A stretch of DNA of 64,000 bases from NCBI GenBank assembly GCA_964556365.1, contig CAZKVT010000001.1, positions 7,158 to 71,157 on the forward strand. The letters are read 5' to 3'. The stretch comes from an uncultured bacterium (lineage in GTDB: Bacteria > Hydrothermota > UBA3072). The translations under genes and the position numbers were made by a program. This document shows positions 25,840 to 34,318 of this stretch, piece by piece; the stretch's first letter is position 1; every line of letters begins with the position of its first letter. The notes below the pieces were generated by a model. That model saw only the letters and a program-made list of their open reading frames with translations, made no database searches and was not told where the DNA came from.

Positions 25840-28083
25840 ATGGAGAAAAATATTAATAAGTCGAACTCCTCTCCCGAAATAAGTTTCGGAAAGCGTATAC
25901 TTTTTAGCCTGCTGCTGCTCTTGATCGCGCTAAGCGCTCTATTGCTCGTGGAAGGAATTCTTCGGTTCTGTAACTACGGAGGAGATTTAAGTTTATTCGT
26001 CTCCGCTCCGGAAGAAATCTCGGATTACTACCGTTGTAATCCTGATATAGGAAAGCGCTATTTCTATGAACAGTTTACCATACCGGACCCACCAAAGGAT
26101 CTATTCCTGAAGAAAAAACCGGAAAACGGGTATAGGATTTTTGTACTCGGTGGATCGACTACTGCCGGCTTCCCATACGGAAATAACCTGATGTTTTCCC
26201 GAATTCTATGGCGGAGACTTCAGGATACGTTCCCGGAGAAGCGAATTGAGGTCGTGAACACAGCCATGGCTGCAGTAAATAGCTACACCATACTTGACTT
26301 CATCGATGAAATACTTGAATATGAACCCGATCTCATACTCATTTACATGGGACATAACGAATTCTATGGGGCACTCGGAGTTGCCTCATTAGAATCGATC
26401 GGACAGAGTAGGGCAATTATTAAACTCTATTTAAAAATGCAACACCTGCGGTTATTCCGTCTATTGCGAACACTAATCAGTAAGGTAAAGACGATATTAG
26501 AGCGAAATCACGCTGACAATCCGGAGGATCCGACGGCGACTCTAATGGAGCGAATTGTTTCAGAACAGGTTATTCCCCTGGGAAGCGAATTATACGAACG
26601 GGGAAAAGAACAATTTCGAACTAACCTTGAGGAAATCTTGCGGATAGCAGATAAAGCGGACGTACCGGTCGTGTTGAGCGAGCTGGTAAGTAATGTGGGA
26701 GAACAAACCCCGTTTCATTCGGTACAATCAGACACTTTTCCTCCGGCAAATCAAGTGTATAAGCAGGCAAAAGAGCTAGAAGAGCGGGGAGATTACGACA
26801 AAGCCGGACAACTGTATTTCTGGGCAAAAGATCTGGATGCCCTTCGATTTCGGGCAACCGAAGATTTTAACAACATAATCTACGAATCGGCTTCCAAATA
26901 CAAAATCACAGTAGTACCAATGAAAAATATTTTTGAAAAGCACTCTTCACATGGCATCATTGGAAAGGAGCTAATACTCGAACACCTTCATCCTAACGTT
27001 GACGGCAATTTTCTTATGGCAGACGGGTTTTATAGAACAATTAGGGCAAAAGGCTATATCGGCTCGAAGTGGAATTCGAACCACATCCAAAATGCTTCTG
27101 TGTACAAAAGAGATTGGGGAATGACTCCCCTAGACACGGTATACGGCAATCTGAGTATTCGCTGGCTTAAGGGAGGTTGGCCATTTCAGCCTAAAGAGTT
27201 CCAAAATACGAGTCTTGAAACCTATACCCCGAAGAATAAGGTGGATTCGGTGGCACTTAAAGTATTGGTGGATAAAGAAATCGGTGTAGAAGCGGGTCAT
27301 CTTACCCTGGCTCAATATTACCGAAACCATAAAGAATACCATAAGGCTTACCATGAATACAGAGCGCTTATATATACAATACCCCACGAGGTCATGTTCT
27401 ACGAAGGTGCCGCGCAAATGCTGCTCAAGTTGGACAAGGATGAGGAGGCCCTTTCAATTTTAAACGAATCATTGCGGATCATAAAAAACGACTTTGCTAT
27501 CAAGCACCTTGCGCGCATGTATCTGCAGCAGGGAGATGTTAACAAAGCCCTATCCTATTGCGCGAAAGCGGATCCGTCCCTTACAAAGGATCAGGATTTC
27601 CTGAACACTCTTGCGCATGCCTATATCGCCTCCGGACAATTAGACAGATTTCGAAAAGTCTTGGAACATCTGCACTCCCGTAAATCCGGATCACTCCAGC
27701 CGTTTCCGTATCATATTTCAGCAGGGACGCAACAGATAGCACAAATATACAATTCCGCTTCCACTGTTTTTTTAAAGGAACGGGATTTCCGCACTGCCTT
27801 CTTGTTATTAAACCAATCCCTGAATATAGAGGAAACAGCATTCGCAAATAAGTGGATTGGTCAGATATTGATTGTTCAAAAGCAATTTCGACAGTCGCTG
27901 CCCTATTTGCTAAAAGCCGAAGCCATGGGATTGAAGGATTCGGATTTATACTACAATCTGGCAGCAGCAAGCTATTATCTGGACAAAAAAGAAGAAACGA
28001 TTCGTTATTTAAACAAGCTAAAACAAATTAATCCAGATCATCCCGACCCCTCCGGCTTACTGAACAAATTATATCTGGATTGA
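25840..28083 (+). CDS. membrane-anchored SGNH/GDSL-type hydrolase fused to TPR repeats
   Basis: An N-terminal TM helix is present. SGNH block I is IFVLGGSTTAGFPYGNN and block V-like is LEHLHPNVDGNFLMA. The C-terminal half has TPR-like repeats of about 34 aa. Confidence 0.7.
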   Translation: MEKNINKSNSSPEISFGKRILFSLLLLLIALSALLLVEGILRFCNYGGDLSLFVSAPEEISDYYRCNPDIGKRYFYEQFTIPDPPKDLFLKKKPENGYRIFVLGGSTTAGFPYGNNLMFSRILWRRLQDTFPEKRIEVVNTAMAAVNSYTILDFIDEILEYEPDLILIYMGHNEFYGALGVASLESIGQSRAIIKLYLKMQHLRLFRLLRTLISKVKTILERNHADNPEDPTATLMERIVSEQVIPLGSELYERGKEQFRTNLEEILRIADKADVPVVLSELVSNVGEQTPFHSVQSDTFPPANQVYKQAKELEERGDYDKAGQLYFWAKDLDALRFRATEDFNNIIYESASKYKITVVPMKNIFEKHSSHGIIGKELILEHLHPNVDGNFLMADGFYRTIRAKGYIGSKWNSNHIQNASVYKRDWGMTPLDTVYGNLSIRWLKGGWPFQPKEFQNTSLETYTPKNKVDSVALKVLVDKEIGVEAGHLTLAQYYRNHKEYHKAYHEYRALIYTIPHEVMFYEGAAQMLLKLDKDEEALSILNESLRIIKNDFAIKHLARMYLQQGDVNKALSYCAKADPSLTKDQDFLNTLAHAYIASGQLDRFRKVLEHLHSRKSGSLQPFPYHISAGTQQIAQIYNSASTVFLKERDFRTAFLLLNQSLNIEETAFANKWIGQILIVQKQFRQSLPYLLKAEAMGLKDSDLYYNLAAASYYLDKKEETIRYLNKLKQINPDHPDPSGLLNKLYLD

Positions 28084-28091
28084 GTAGATCG

Positions 28092-30341
28092 ATGTATATT
28101 CTTGGAATTTCAGCTTTTTATCACGACAGTGCCGCCTCTCTGATTAGGGATGGGAACATTATTGCGGCGGCACAGGAAGAACGATTTACCCGCCTCAAAC
28201 ACGATTATCGATTTCCGACCCATGCAATAAATTATTGTCTACAAGAGGAAAATATTTCCCCATCGGATCTCGAATATATCGCGTTTTACGACAAACCGTT
28301 CCTAAAATTTGAAAGAATTCTCGAATCGTATTTGCAATATGCTCCGATAGGAATCAGTTCTTTTATAAAAGCCATACCCGTCTGGATAAAAAAGAAAATC
28401 TGGATAAAAAGCCTTATACAAGAAGAACTCCCCGGCTTCAAAGGCAAAATACTCTTTCCCGAACATCACAGATCCCATGCTGCTTCGGCATTTTTTCCGT
28501 CTCCTTTTTCTGAAGCCGCCATTGTAACCACGGACGGCGTTGGTGAATGGACAACTACCAGCATCGGTTTCGGAAAAGAAAATTCTATCAAACTACTGCA
28601 GGAACTCCAATTTCCGCATTCTCTCGGTATGTTGTACTCCACGTTCACCTACTACACCGGTTTCCGGGTAAATTCAGGAGAATATAAAGTGATGGGATTG
28701 GCACCTTACGGGAAACCAAAGTATGTTCAAACTATTCTGGACAACCTTATAGATATAAAAGAAGACGGCTCGTTTCGTCTTAACCTGGAATATTTTAACT
28801 TTCCGGTTGGACTTACTATGACTAACCGGAAATTCAACCGATTATTCGGCGGTCCTCCGCGCAAACCGGAAAGTAAGATAACGCAGAGAGAAATGGATTT
28901 AGCACGCTCTGTGCAGGAGGTAACCGAACTTATCTTAAAACGGATATGCCGCCACGCGAAAGTAGAAACAGGAGCAAAAAATTTAGTATTAGCCGGCGGA
29001 GTTGCGTTGAATTGTGTAGCTAACGGAAAATTACTGCGCGATAACGCTTTTGAAGATATCTGGGTTCAGCCGGCAGCCAGTGATGCCGGCGGAGCGCTGG
29101 GTGCAGCGCTTTCTGTCTGGTATGAATATCTGGGAAATTCACGCGCTATCGAACATGGGTATGATGCCCAGCAGGGTTCCTATCTCGGACCTCGATTCAG
29201 TAATTCGGAGATAAGGGAATTTCTGGAAAGCCATCATATTCCTTTTCACCAATTATCAGACACCGAAGTAATAAAACAAACAGCAACATTGCTGGCAGAG
29301 AAAAATGTAGTCGGCTGGTTTCAAGGGCGGATGGAATTCGGTCCGCGGGCGCTTGGGGCACGAAGCATACTCGCAGATCCTCGTTCCCCGGAGATGCAAA
29401 AGAAATTAAATTTAAAGATTAAATTTCGTGAGTCGTTCCGGCCATTCGCCCCATCCGTATTGGAAAATGCCGTAAAAAAATACTTTCAATTCGACCGGCC
29501 CAGTCCATACATGCTTTTTGTTGCCGAGGTCGCCGAGGATAAACGCCACCGGATGAGCCAAAAAGAAGAAAAATTGTTCGGGATCGATAAACTGAATATC
29601 GTACGGTCAGAAATTCCGGCAATAACTCACGTTGACTACTCCGCGCGCCTCCAAACAGTCAACGAAAATACAAATAAGAAATACTATGCCCTGTTGAAGG
29701 AATTCGGAAAACAGACGGGATGTCCCGTTCTTGTAAATACCTCCTTCAACGTACGGGGAGAACCCATTGTCTGCACCCCCCATGATGCATATAAATGTTT
29801 TATGCGAACCGAGATGGACTATCTGGTTCTCGGAAATTATCTCCTATATAAAAAAGAACAGCCTGAAACCACTCCGGGGCTCTCCTGGAAAGACGATTTT
29901 GCACTTGGTCGATTTACCCCGAAGCAACCGGCAATCATGGATACTTCGAAATTTGGAGACCGCAGGGAATGGCGGAAATTCGGGATTGGACTTTCAATCA
30001 TTCTGGCGATCCTCGGAACCATCCAATGGATAAGGGGAATTTCCCTATTTCCCATATTTTACTCGATCGCCGGGATAGTCCTTGCATCGGGCCTTCTTTT
30101 CCCGATAATTTTGAAACCATTGTTCATTTTATTCAGTTATATAGGATTCGCTTTAGGATGGGTAATGACCCGGGTTATACTCTCGGCCCTTTTCTTCCTG
30201 GTACTAACACCAATCGGTCTACTCTCGCGCCTGGTAAAAAAGCGTTATTTACAGACGGATATCGGTACAAATGAAACTACCTACTGGAAGGCACATCGGG
30301 AACAAACCGCTTCGAAAGAACATTTTGAAAAGCAGTATTAA
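28092..30341 (+). CDS. NodU/CmcH-family carbamoyltransferase fused to a C-terminal SxtJ-like membrane domain
   Basis: MYILGISAFYHDSAASLIRDGNIIAAAQEERFTRLKHD is the typical carbamoyltransferase N-terminus, so I prefer the ATG at 28092 to the tracked TTG at 28080. The last roughly 130 aa (from about nt 29950) form 3-4 TM helices (WRKFGIGLSIILAILG...LTPIGLLSRLVKKRYL), resembling SxtJ. Confidence 0.8.
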   Translation: MYILGISAFYHDSAASLIRDGNIIAAAQEERFTRLKHDYRFPTHAINYCLQEENISPSDLEYIAFYDKPFLKFERILESYLQYAPIGISSFIKAIPVWIKKKIWIKSLIQEELPGFKGKILFPEHHRSHAASAFFPSPFSEAAIVTTDGVGEWTTTSIGFGKENSIKLLQELQFPHSLGMLYSTFTYYTGFRVNSGEYKVMGLAPYGKPKYVQTILDNLIDIKEDGSFRLNLEYFNFPVGLTMTNRKFNRLFGGPPRKPESKITQREMDLARSVQEVTELILKRICRHAKVETGAKNLVLAGGVALNCVANGKLLRDNAFEDIWVQPAASDAGGALGAALSVWYEYLGNSRAIEHGYDAQQGSYLGPRFSNSEIREFLESHHIPFHQLSDTEVIKQTATLLAEKNVVGWFQGRMEFGPRALGARSILADPRSPEMQKKLNLKIKFRESFRPFAPSVLENAVKKYFQFDRPSPYMLFVAEVAEDKRHRMSQKEEKLFGIDKLNIVRSEIPAITHVDYSARLQTVNENTNKKYYALLKEFGKQTGCPVLVNTSFNVRGEPIVCTPHDAYKCFMRTEMDYLVLGNYLLYKKEQPETTPGLSWKDDFALGRFTPKQPAIMDTSKFGDRREWRKFGIGLSIILAILGTIQWIRGISLFPIFYSIAGIVLASGLLFPIILKPLFILFSYIGFALGWVMTRVILSALFFLVLTPIGLLSRLVKKRYLQTDIGTNETTYWKAHREQTASKEHFEKQY

Positions 30342-30401
30342 CAATAGGAGGCTTTTAATATATGTATTTCCAACAGAATAATAGCAAAGGAAGGTTATTC
30401 T

Positions 30402-30560
30402 ATGTCTAAAATGTCCATATTGGTTGAATTCTGGGAGTTCTTACGAGCCCGGAAAAAATGGCTTCTCGCGGTAATCGCATTCTTTCTTTTATTACTCGGC
30501 ACTTTGATTGTATTCACGGAGGGATCAGCACTGGCGCCTTTTATATATCCCCTCTTCTAA
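30402..30560 (+). CDS. 52-aa DUF5989/SxtK-like small membrane protein (absent from ORF track)
   Basis: The ATG is at 30402, preceded by AAGGAAGG, and the TAA is at 30558-30560. It translates as MSKMSILVEFWEFLRARKKWLLAVIAFFLLLLGTLIVFTEGSALAPFIYPLF. This matches my memory of the conserved small protein that follows carbamoyltransferase/SxtJ genes (..EFW.FL..RKKWWL.P......LLG.L.V...GSALAPFIY.LF). Confidence 0.75.
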   Translation: MSKMSILVEFWEFLRARKKWLLAVIAFFLLLLGTLIVFTEGSALAPFIYPLF

Positions 30561-30663
30561 GCTATTCCGAGAGAGCGAACAGCCGGGTATAGGAAACGAT
30601 TCCCCTGCGGGAAACCGCAAATATTGATATTCTTTTCCTTATAAATATTCTCCTTAATTTTTT

Positions 30664-31290
30664 TTAATTGCGCGTCGCACTAAATCTTACAGCCAGACTG
30701 GTCCCACTCCAATTTTCCTCGGTATTGGTCTCTTTTATGGAGTGATAACCAAACGAACCGGAGACTCCCAATCCCCAACTGCCACCAACCCACCATTCTT
30801 TTCCTAAAGTCAAATCGAAAACCGGACCCGGATCCGACTCTATTACCCAACTATCTACTTCTACCCCAACGAACTCCAACTCCAAAGAACCGATACCCGC
30901 GGATCCCGAGAGATAGATATTAGCCGGCATAAGGTAATATGTAACTCCCAAGCCAACAGAAAGAAGCGAAACATTTCCATTAAAGTCGTTAGATATATCT
31001 CCAAGCTCATAAGTAGGCTCAAGCATAACCACACCAAACATCGTTGCATGCAAAGCAAAATTGTTAAAGACGCAAGCTCCGATGGCAATGTTAGCATCAC
31101 TACTCGCCCCGGAGAACTTCGAAGGAAAATAAGGACTACTAAATTTTGTCTCTGCTCCGCCAATACCTATCGATAATCTCAGAAAAAATCCTCCGTCATG
31201 GTCACGGGGTCCCGCAAACGCATTTATAGATAATACAACCAGAACAAGAGATACCAATACTATTTTCTTTCCGAAACTATATTTTTTCAT
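30664..31290 (-). CDS. small outer-membrane beta-barrel protein
   Basis: The likely start is the ATG at 31290, 4 nt after GGGAGGG, giving MKKYSFGKKIVLVSLVLVVLSINAFA (signal peptide). The tracked start at 31314 is an upstream TTG. The body is Gly/aromatic-rich with alternating strands (GGFFLRLSIGIGG, GVTYYLMP, WGLGVSGSFGYH). Confidence 0.6.
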   Translation of the reverse strand: MKKYSFGKKIVLVSLVLVVLSINAFAGPRDHDGGFFLRLSIGIGGAETKFSSPYFPSKFSGASSDANIAIGACVFNNFALHATMFGVVMLEPTYELGDISNDFNGNVSLLSVGLGVTYYLMPANIYLSGSAGIGSLELEFVGVEVDSWVIESDPGPVFDLTLGKEWWVGGSWGLGVSGSFGYHSIKETNTEENWSGTSLAVRFSATRN

Positions 31291-31459
31291 AATACCCTCC
31301 CTTTTTAATAACAATTTATTCAGAATAAATTGTTATTAATACTTTCCAAAGCAAATTTTTTTACAACCCTTCCAAACAAATGATAAGAAACCATTTGATA
31401 TTTGTCAAGCCAAATAATCCTGGTGCAACTCCAGACAAAACCTCGATACAACAAACTGC

Positions 31460-31488
31460 TTGACATTAAAGTTAAATTCCCTTATAAT
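31460..31488 (+). promoter_or_regulatory. consensus sigma70 promoter (TTGACA-17-TATAAT) for the lipoprotein/transglutaminase operon
   Basis: TTGACA is at 31460-31465 and TATAAT at 31483-31488, separated by a 17-nt spacer. Confidence 0.6.
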
Positions 31489-31596
31489 ATATTCAAACCG
31501 CTTTAAGAAATTTGTACTTTTTATCACTTTAATTATACACGAAAAAAGTGGGAATTGAGAAATTTGCTCTTTAAAAAATTATGTAAGGAGGTACGA

Positions 31597-32391
31597 ATGC
31601 GATTATTTAGATCTTTACTAATACTAATTATATTATTTTTACTAATTATCTCATGTGGTTCATCTCAAAAGAGCGTAATGACGGCAGTTTCTTCACTCAG
31701 GCTGAGAATTAATGAGGGAGATACAATTAAATATGAAAGTAAATTAATATCCAATAGCAGAATGTTTATTAATACATTCGAGTATCCTGAATTACAATAT
31801 TACGGCAAAGCTAAGATTTACACAATTGTAACAAAAAGAGAGGGCGATTCAACCAGTTTTAAATCAGGTATTATCGATGCTTCTTCCTCTCTACGTAGAA
31901 CAGGGTATCGTCTAAGTTCAATTCATATCAAAAATTCAATTCATATGGACTGGGACGATCTCAAAGGCAAAGAATGGGAATACACTTTAACCTCATCAGG
32001 TCTTACAAAATCCTCCGATGAAGGAATCGACCAGTTTTTATGGCTTCTGTTTCCCTTCTTCCCTCCGGAAGAACCAGTTACTGTAGGAACATCCTGGGAA
32101 AGGAAAATTGGAAAAGGATTTATAATTAATTACCGTTTTCTTGAGATGAAAGGAGATAACGCTATTATTGAATTCAAATACAAATATAAAGGAACAAAAG
32201 AACCTGATGACTCTGAAATAGATGAAATAATCTTTGAAGAAGAAACAAAAGCTAAAGTAACACTTAACACAAAGACTGGTAAAGTAATGAAAATAGATAT
32301 AGAATCGGATGAAAAAAGAACCGCAAAAATTAACCAGAATCGTTTAAGAATATACTTTGATGATGATTGGGATATTAAAGTTATAGAATGA
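31597..32391 (+). CDS. lipoprotein of unknown function
   Basis: The ATG at 31597 lies 6 nt after AAGGAGG. MRLFRSLLILIILFLLIISCGSS gives a lipobox (LIISC). The tracked start at 31555 is an upstream non-SD codon. Confidence 0.7.
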   Translation: MRLFRSLLILIILFLLIISCGSSQKSVMTAVSSLRLRINEGDTIKYESKLISNSRMFINTFEYPELQYYGKAKIYTIVTKREGDSTSFKSGIIDASSSLRRTGYRLSSIHIKNSIHMDWDDLKGKEWEYTLTSSGLTKSSDEGIDQFLWLLFPFFPPEEPVTVGTSWERKIGKGFIINYRFLEMKGDNAIIEFKYKYKGTKEPDDSEIDEIIFEEETKAKVTLNTKTGKVMKIDIESDEKRTAKINQNRLRIYFDDDWDIKVIE

Positions 32392-34316
32392 AAATCCTTT
32401 CATATAATATATTTAAATACTTATTAATTAACTTCATCGCTATTACGCTTTACTCCGACACTCAATCCTTTTCCGGAAAAATCAAAGAAGCAGATGCTTC
32501 CATACTATATGATTCCACCTTTTACGAAATAAATAAAGACGGAACTTACACTACGACCTATCATAAAAGAATAAAAATGCTATCACAAAACGGATTAGAA
32601 AAATTCGGACATAAAAGTTTTGCTTTCAGCGCTTCTTCGGGAACAATAGCAGTTATTTTTGCCCGAGTATATAAACCCGACGGAAAAGCAATAGATCTCT
32701 CCTCGAAAAACATAGAAACCTTCAGGAAGCCCGCGTGGGAAGGATCAAAAGAATTCATTCCAAACATTTACTACCTTAAGATAACTTTTCCACAGTTGGA
32801 AATAGGTGGTGAAATAGAATACAAAGTCAGAGACATCTTCAGGGGCAGTGCAATCGATAATCATTTTCAAGGTTATGCCTTCTTCGAAGATGTTGAACCA
32901 ATAGGGCAAAAAGTTATCATAGCCGACGTCCCAAAAACAATGGATTTAAAATGGAAGTTTATAGAGAATAAGACAGCTCATAAAAAGAGTAAATTATTTT
33001 TTAATAAAGAATTAAAAGGCAATCGCGTTATAAACGTTTGGAGCATGGAAGAAATTTACCCTATCGAACCAGAGCCGGCAATGCCCTTCTTTGTAAATTC
33101 GTCTTCCCGATTACTTATCTCCACTCTTCCTTCCTGGGAATTTCTATCAAATTGGTATTACGAAATTTCTAAAAAAGCATTCAAAACCAATATTGATATG
33201 CGTTTACTCTTAAATGATGTAGTAAATGAAAAAATGAGCAGAGAAGAAAAAATAAGAGCCTGTTTCAACTGGGTTGTTGAAAATATACGTTATGTCGAAA
33301 CCACTCTTACCGGACCTAAAGCCGGACTCAACCCCGCCCCGGCGCCGAAAACTTTGAAAAGACAATATGGAGTCTGTAGAGATATGGCCGCTCTCTTAAT
33401 TTCAATCCTGAAAGAAGAGGATATCGAATCCTCGATAGCACTTACCAATACAACAATGGAAACCGAAGAATCCCTACCTGTAGATCAATTTAATCATACA
33501 ATAATTGCCGTAAAAATGGATACAAATTATTTATACATCGACCCAACACCGGATAATTCAAAAGAGTTCTTACCTGCATACGAATACAACGGACAGGCGG
33601 TCCTCGTTTGTACCGAGGGAGGAGAACCTTTAAGATATACTCCCGTAGAAAACCCGGAGAAGAATAGCCTCTTCATCACAGCTATATCGAATCTCGATGC
33701 GAAAAATGAATTAAAGGGGAATCTGACTTTAGAAACTAAAGGATATATGGACTTAAAGTATCGCAACACATTAAGAAAAAATACACCGGAGGAAACTAAA
33801 GAAATGATTGTCGATTTCGTAAAAACAATAAATTCCTCCGCTGTAATCGATACTTTTTATATAGAAGGATTATCTTCAATAAAGGAAACCCTCTTAATTA
33901 AAATAGAATATAGAGTCAGAAATTACGGAAATCAGATGGGAGACATTCTATCTTTGCATTCCCCAATAAGAAATTCATGGGAAACAGATAATTTTTTCAG
34001 AGGCATTAATCCTTTTGTATTAAAAGTTAGGAAATATCCCGTGGATATGGAAATAGTTTCAAATATCTCCTATCACGAAGAACTCATAATAGAAAATACT
34101 TTTAAAATCGCGAATACCCCTGACAACTATGAATTTTCAAACGAATATATATCTACAAAACAGAATTACAAAGTACATAAAAATAAAATTATAATAGATT
34201 CAAAATTTATAGTCAAGGATCCTGACATACCGCTTAACAAATACGAAACAATCAAAAATATTCAGCGTAAGGCACACGAACTCGCTCGTCAACAAATTAT
34301 AATAAAAAGGAGATAA
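32388..34316 (+). CDS. DUF3857 + transglutaminase-like cysteine protease core protein (catalytic triad intact)
   Basis: The core is QYGVCRDMAALLISIL (Cys codon 33375-33377) ... FNHTIIAV ... YLYIDPT, giving Cys-His-Asp. The N-terminal region is of the DUF3857 type. It overlaps the upstream gene by 4 nt. Confidence 0.75.
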   Translation: MKILSYNIFKYLLINFIAITLYSDTQSFSGKIKEADASILYDSTFYEINKDGTYTTTYHKRIKMLSQNGLEKFGHKSFAFSASSGTIAVIFARVYKPDGKAIDLSSKNIETFRKPAWEGSKEFIPNIYYLKITFPQLEIGGEIEYKVRDIFRGSAIDNHFQGYAFFEDVEPIGQKVIIADVPKTMDLKWKFIENKTAHKKSKLFFNKELKGNRVINVWSMEEIYPIEPEPAMPFFVNSSSRLLISTLPSWEFLSNWYYEISKKAFKTNIDMRLLLNDVVNEKMSREEKIRACFNWVVENIRYVETTLTGPKAGLNPAPAPKTLKRQYGVCRDMAALLISILKEEDIESSIALTNTTMETEESLPVDQFNHTIIAVKMDTNYLYIDPTPDNSKEFLPAYEYNGQAVLVCTEGGEPLRYTPVENPEKNSLFITAISNLDAKNELKGNLTLETKGYMDLKYRNTLRKNTPEETKEMIVDFVKTINSSAVIDTFYIEGLSSIKETLLIKIEYRVRNYGNQMGDILSLHSPIRNSWETDNFFRGINPFVLKVRKYPVDMEIVSNISYHEELIIENTFKIANTPDNYEFSNEYISTKQNYKVHKNKIIIDSKFIVKDPDIPLNKYETIKNIQRKAHELARQQIIIKRR

Positions 34317-34318
34317 CA

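Noticed and set aside
30362-30409. 15-codon mini-ORF (MYFQQNNSKGRLFYV) between the carbamoyltransferase gene and the DUF5989-like ORF.
   Set aside because: It has no SD and overlaps the SD and start of the much better supported 52-aa ORF in another frame. It is most likely fortuitous.
30606-30619. Small hairpin TGCGG-GAAA-CCGCA between the convergent DUF5989-like and OMP genes, as a bidirectional terminator.
   Set aside because: The stem is only 5 bp and there is no adjacent U-tract on either strand, so the evidence is too weak to call.
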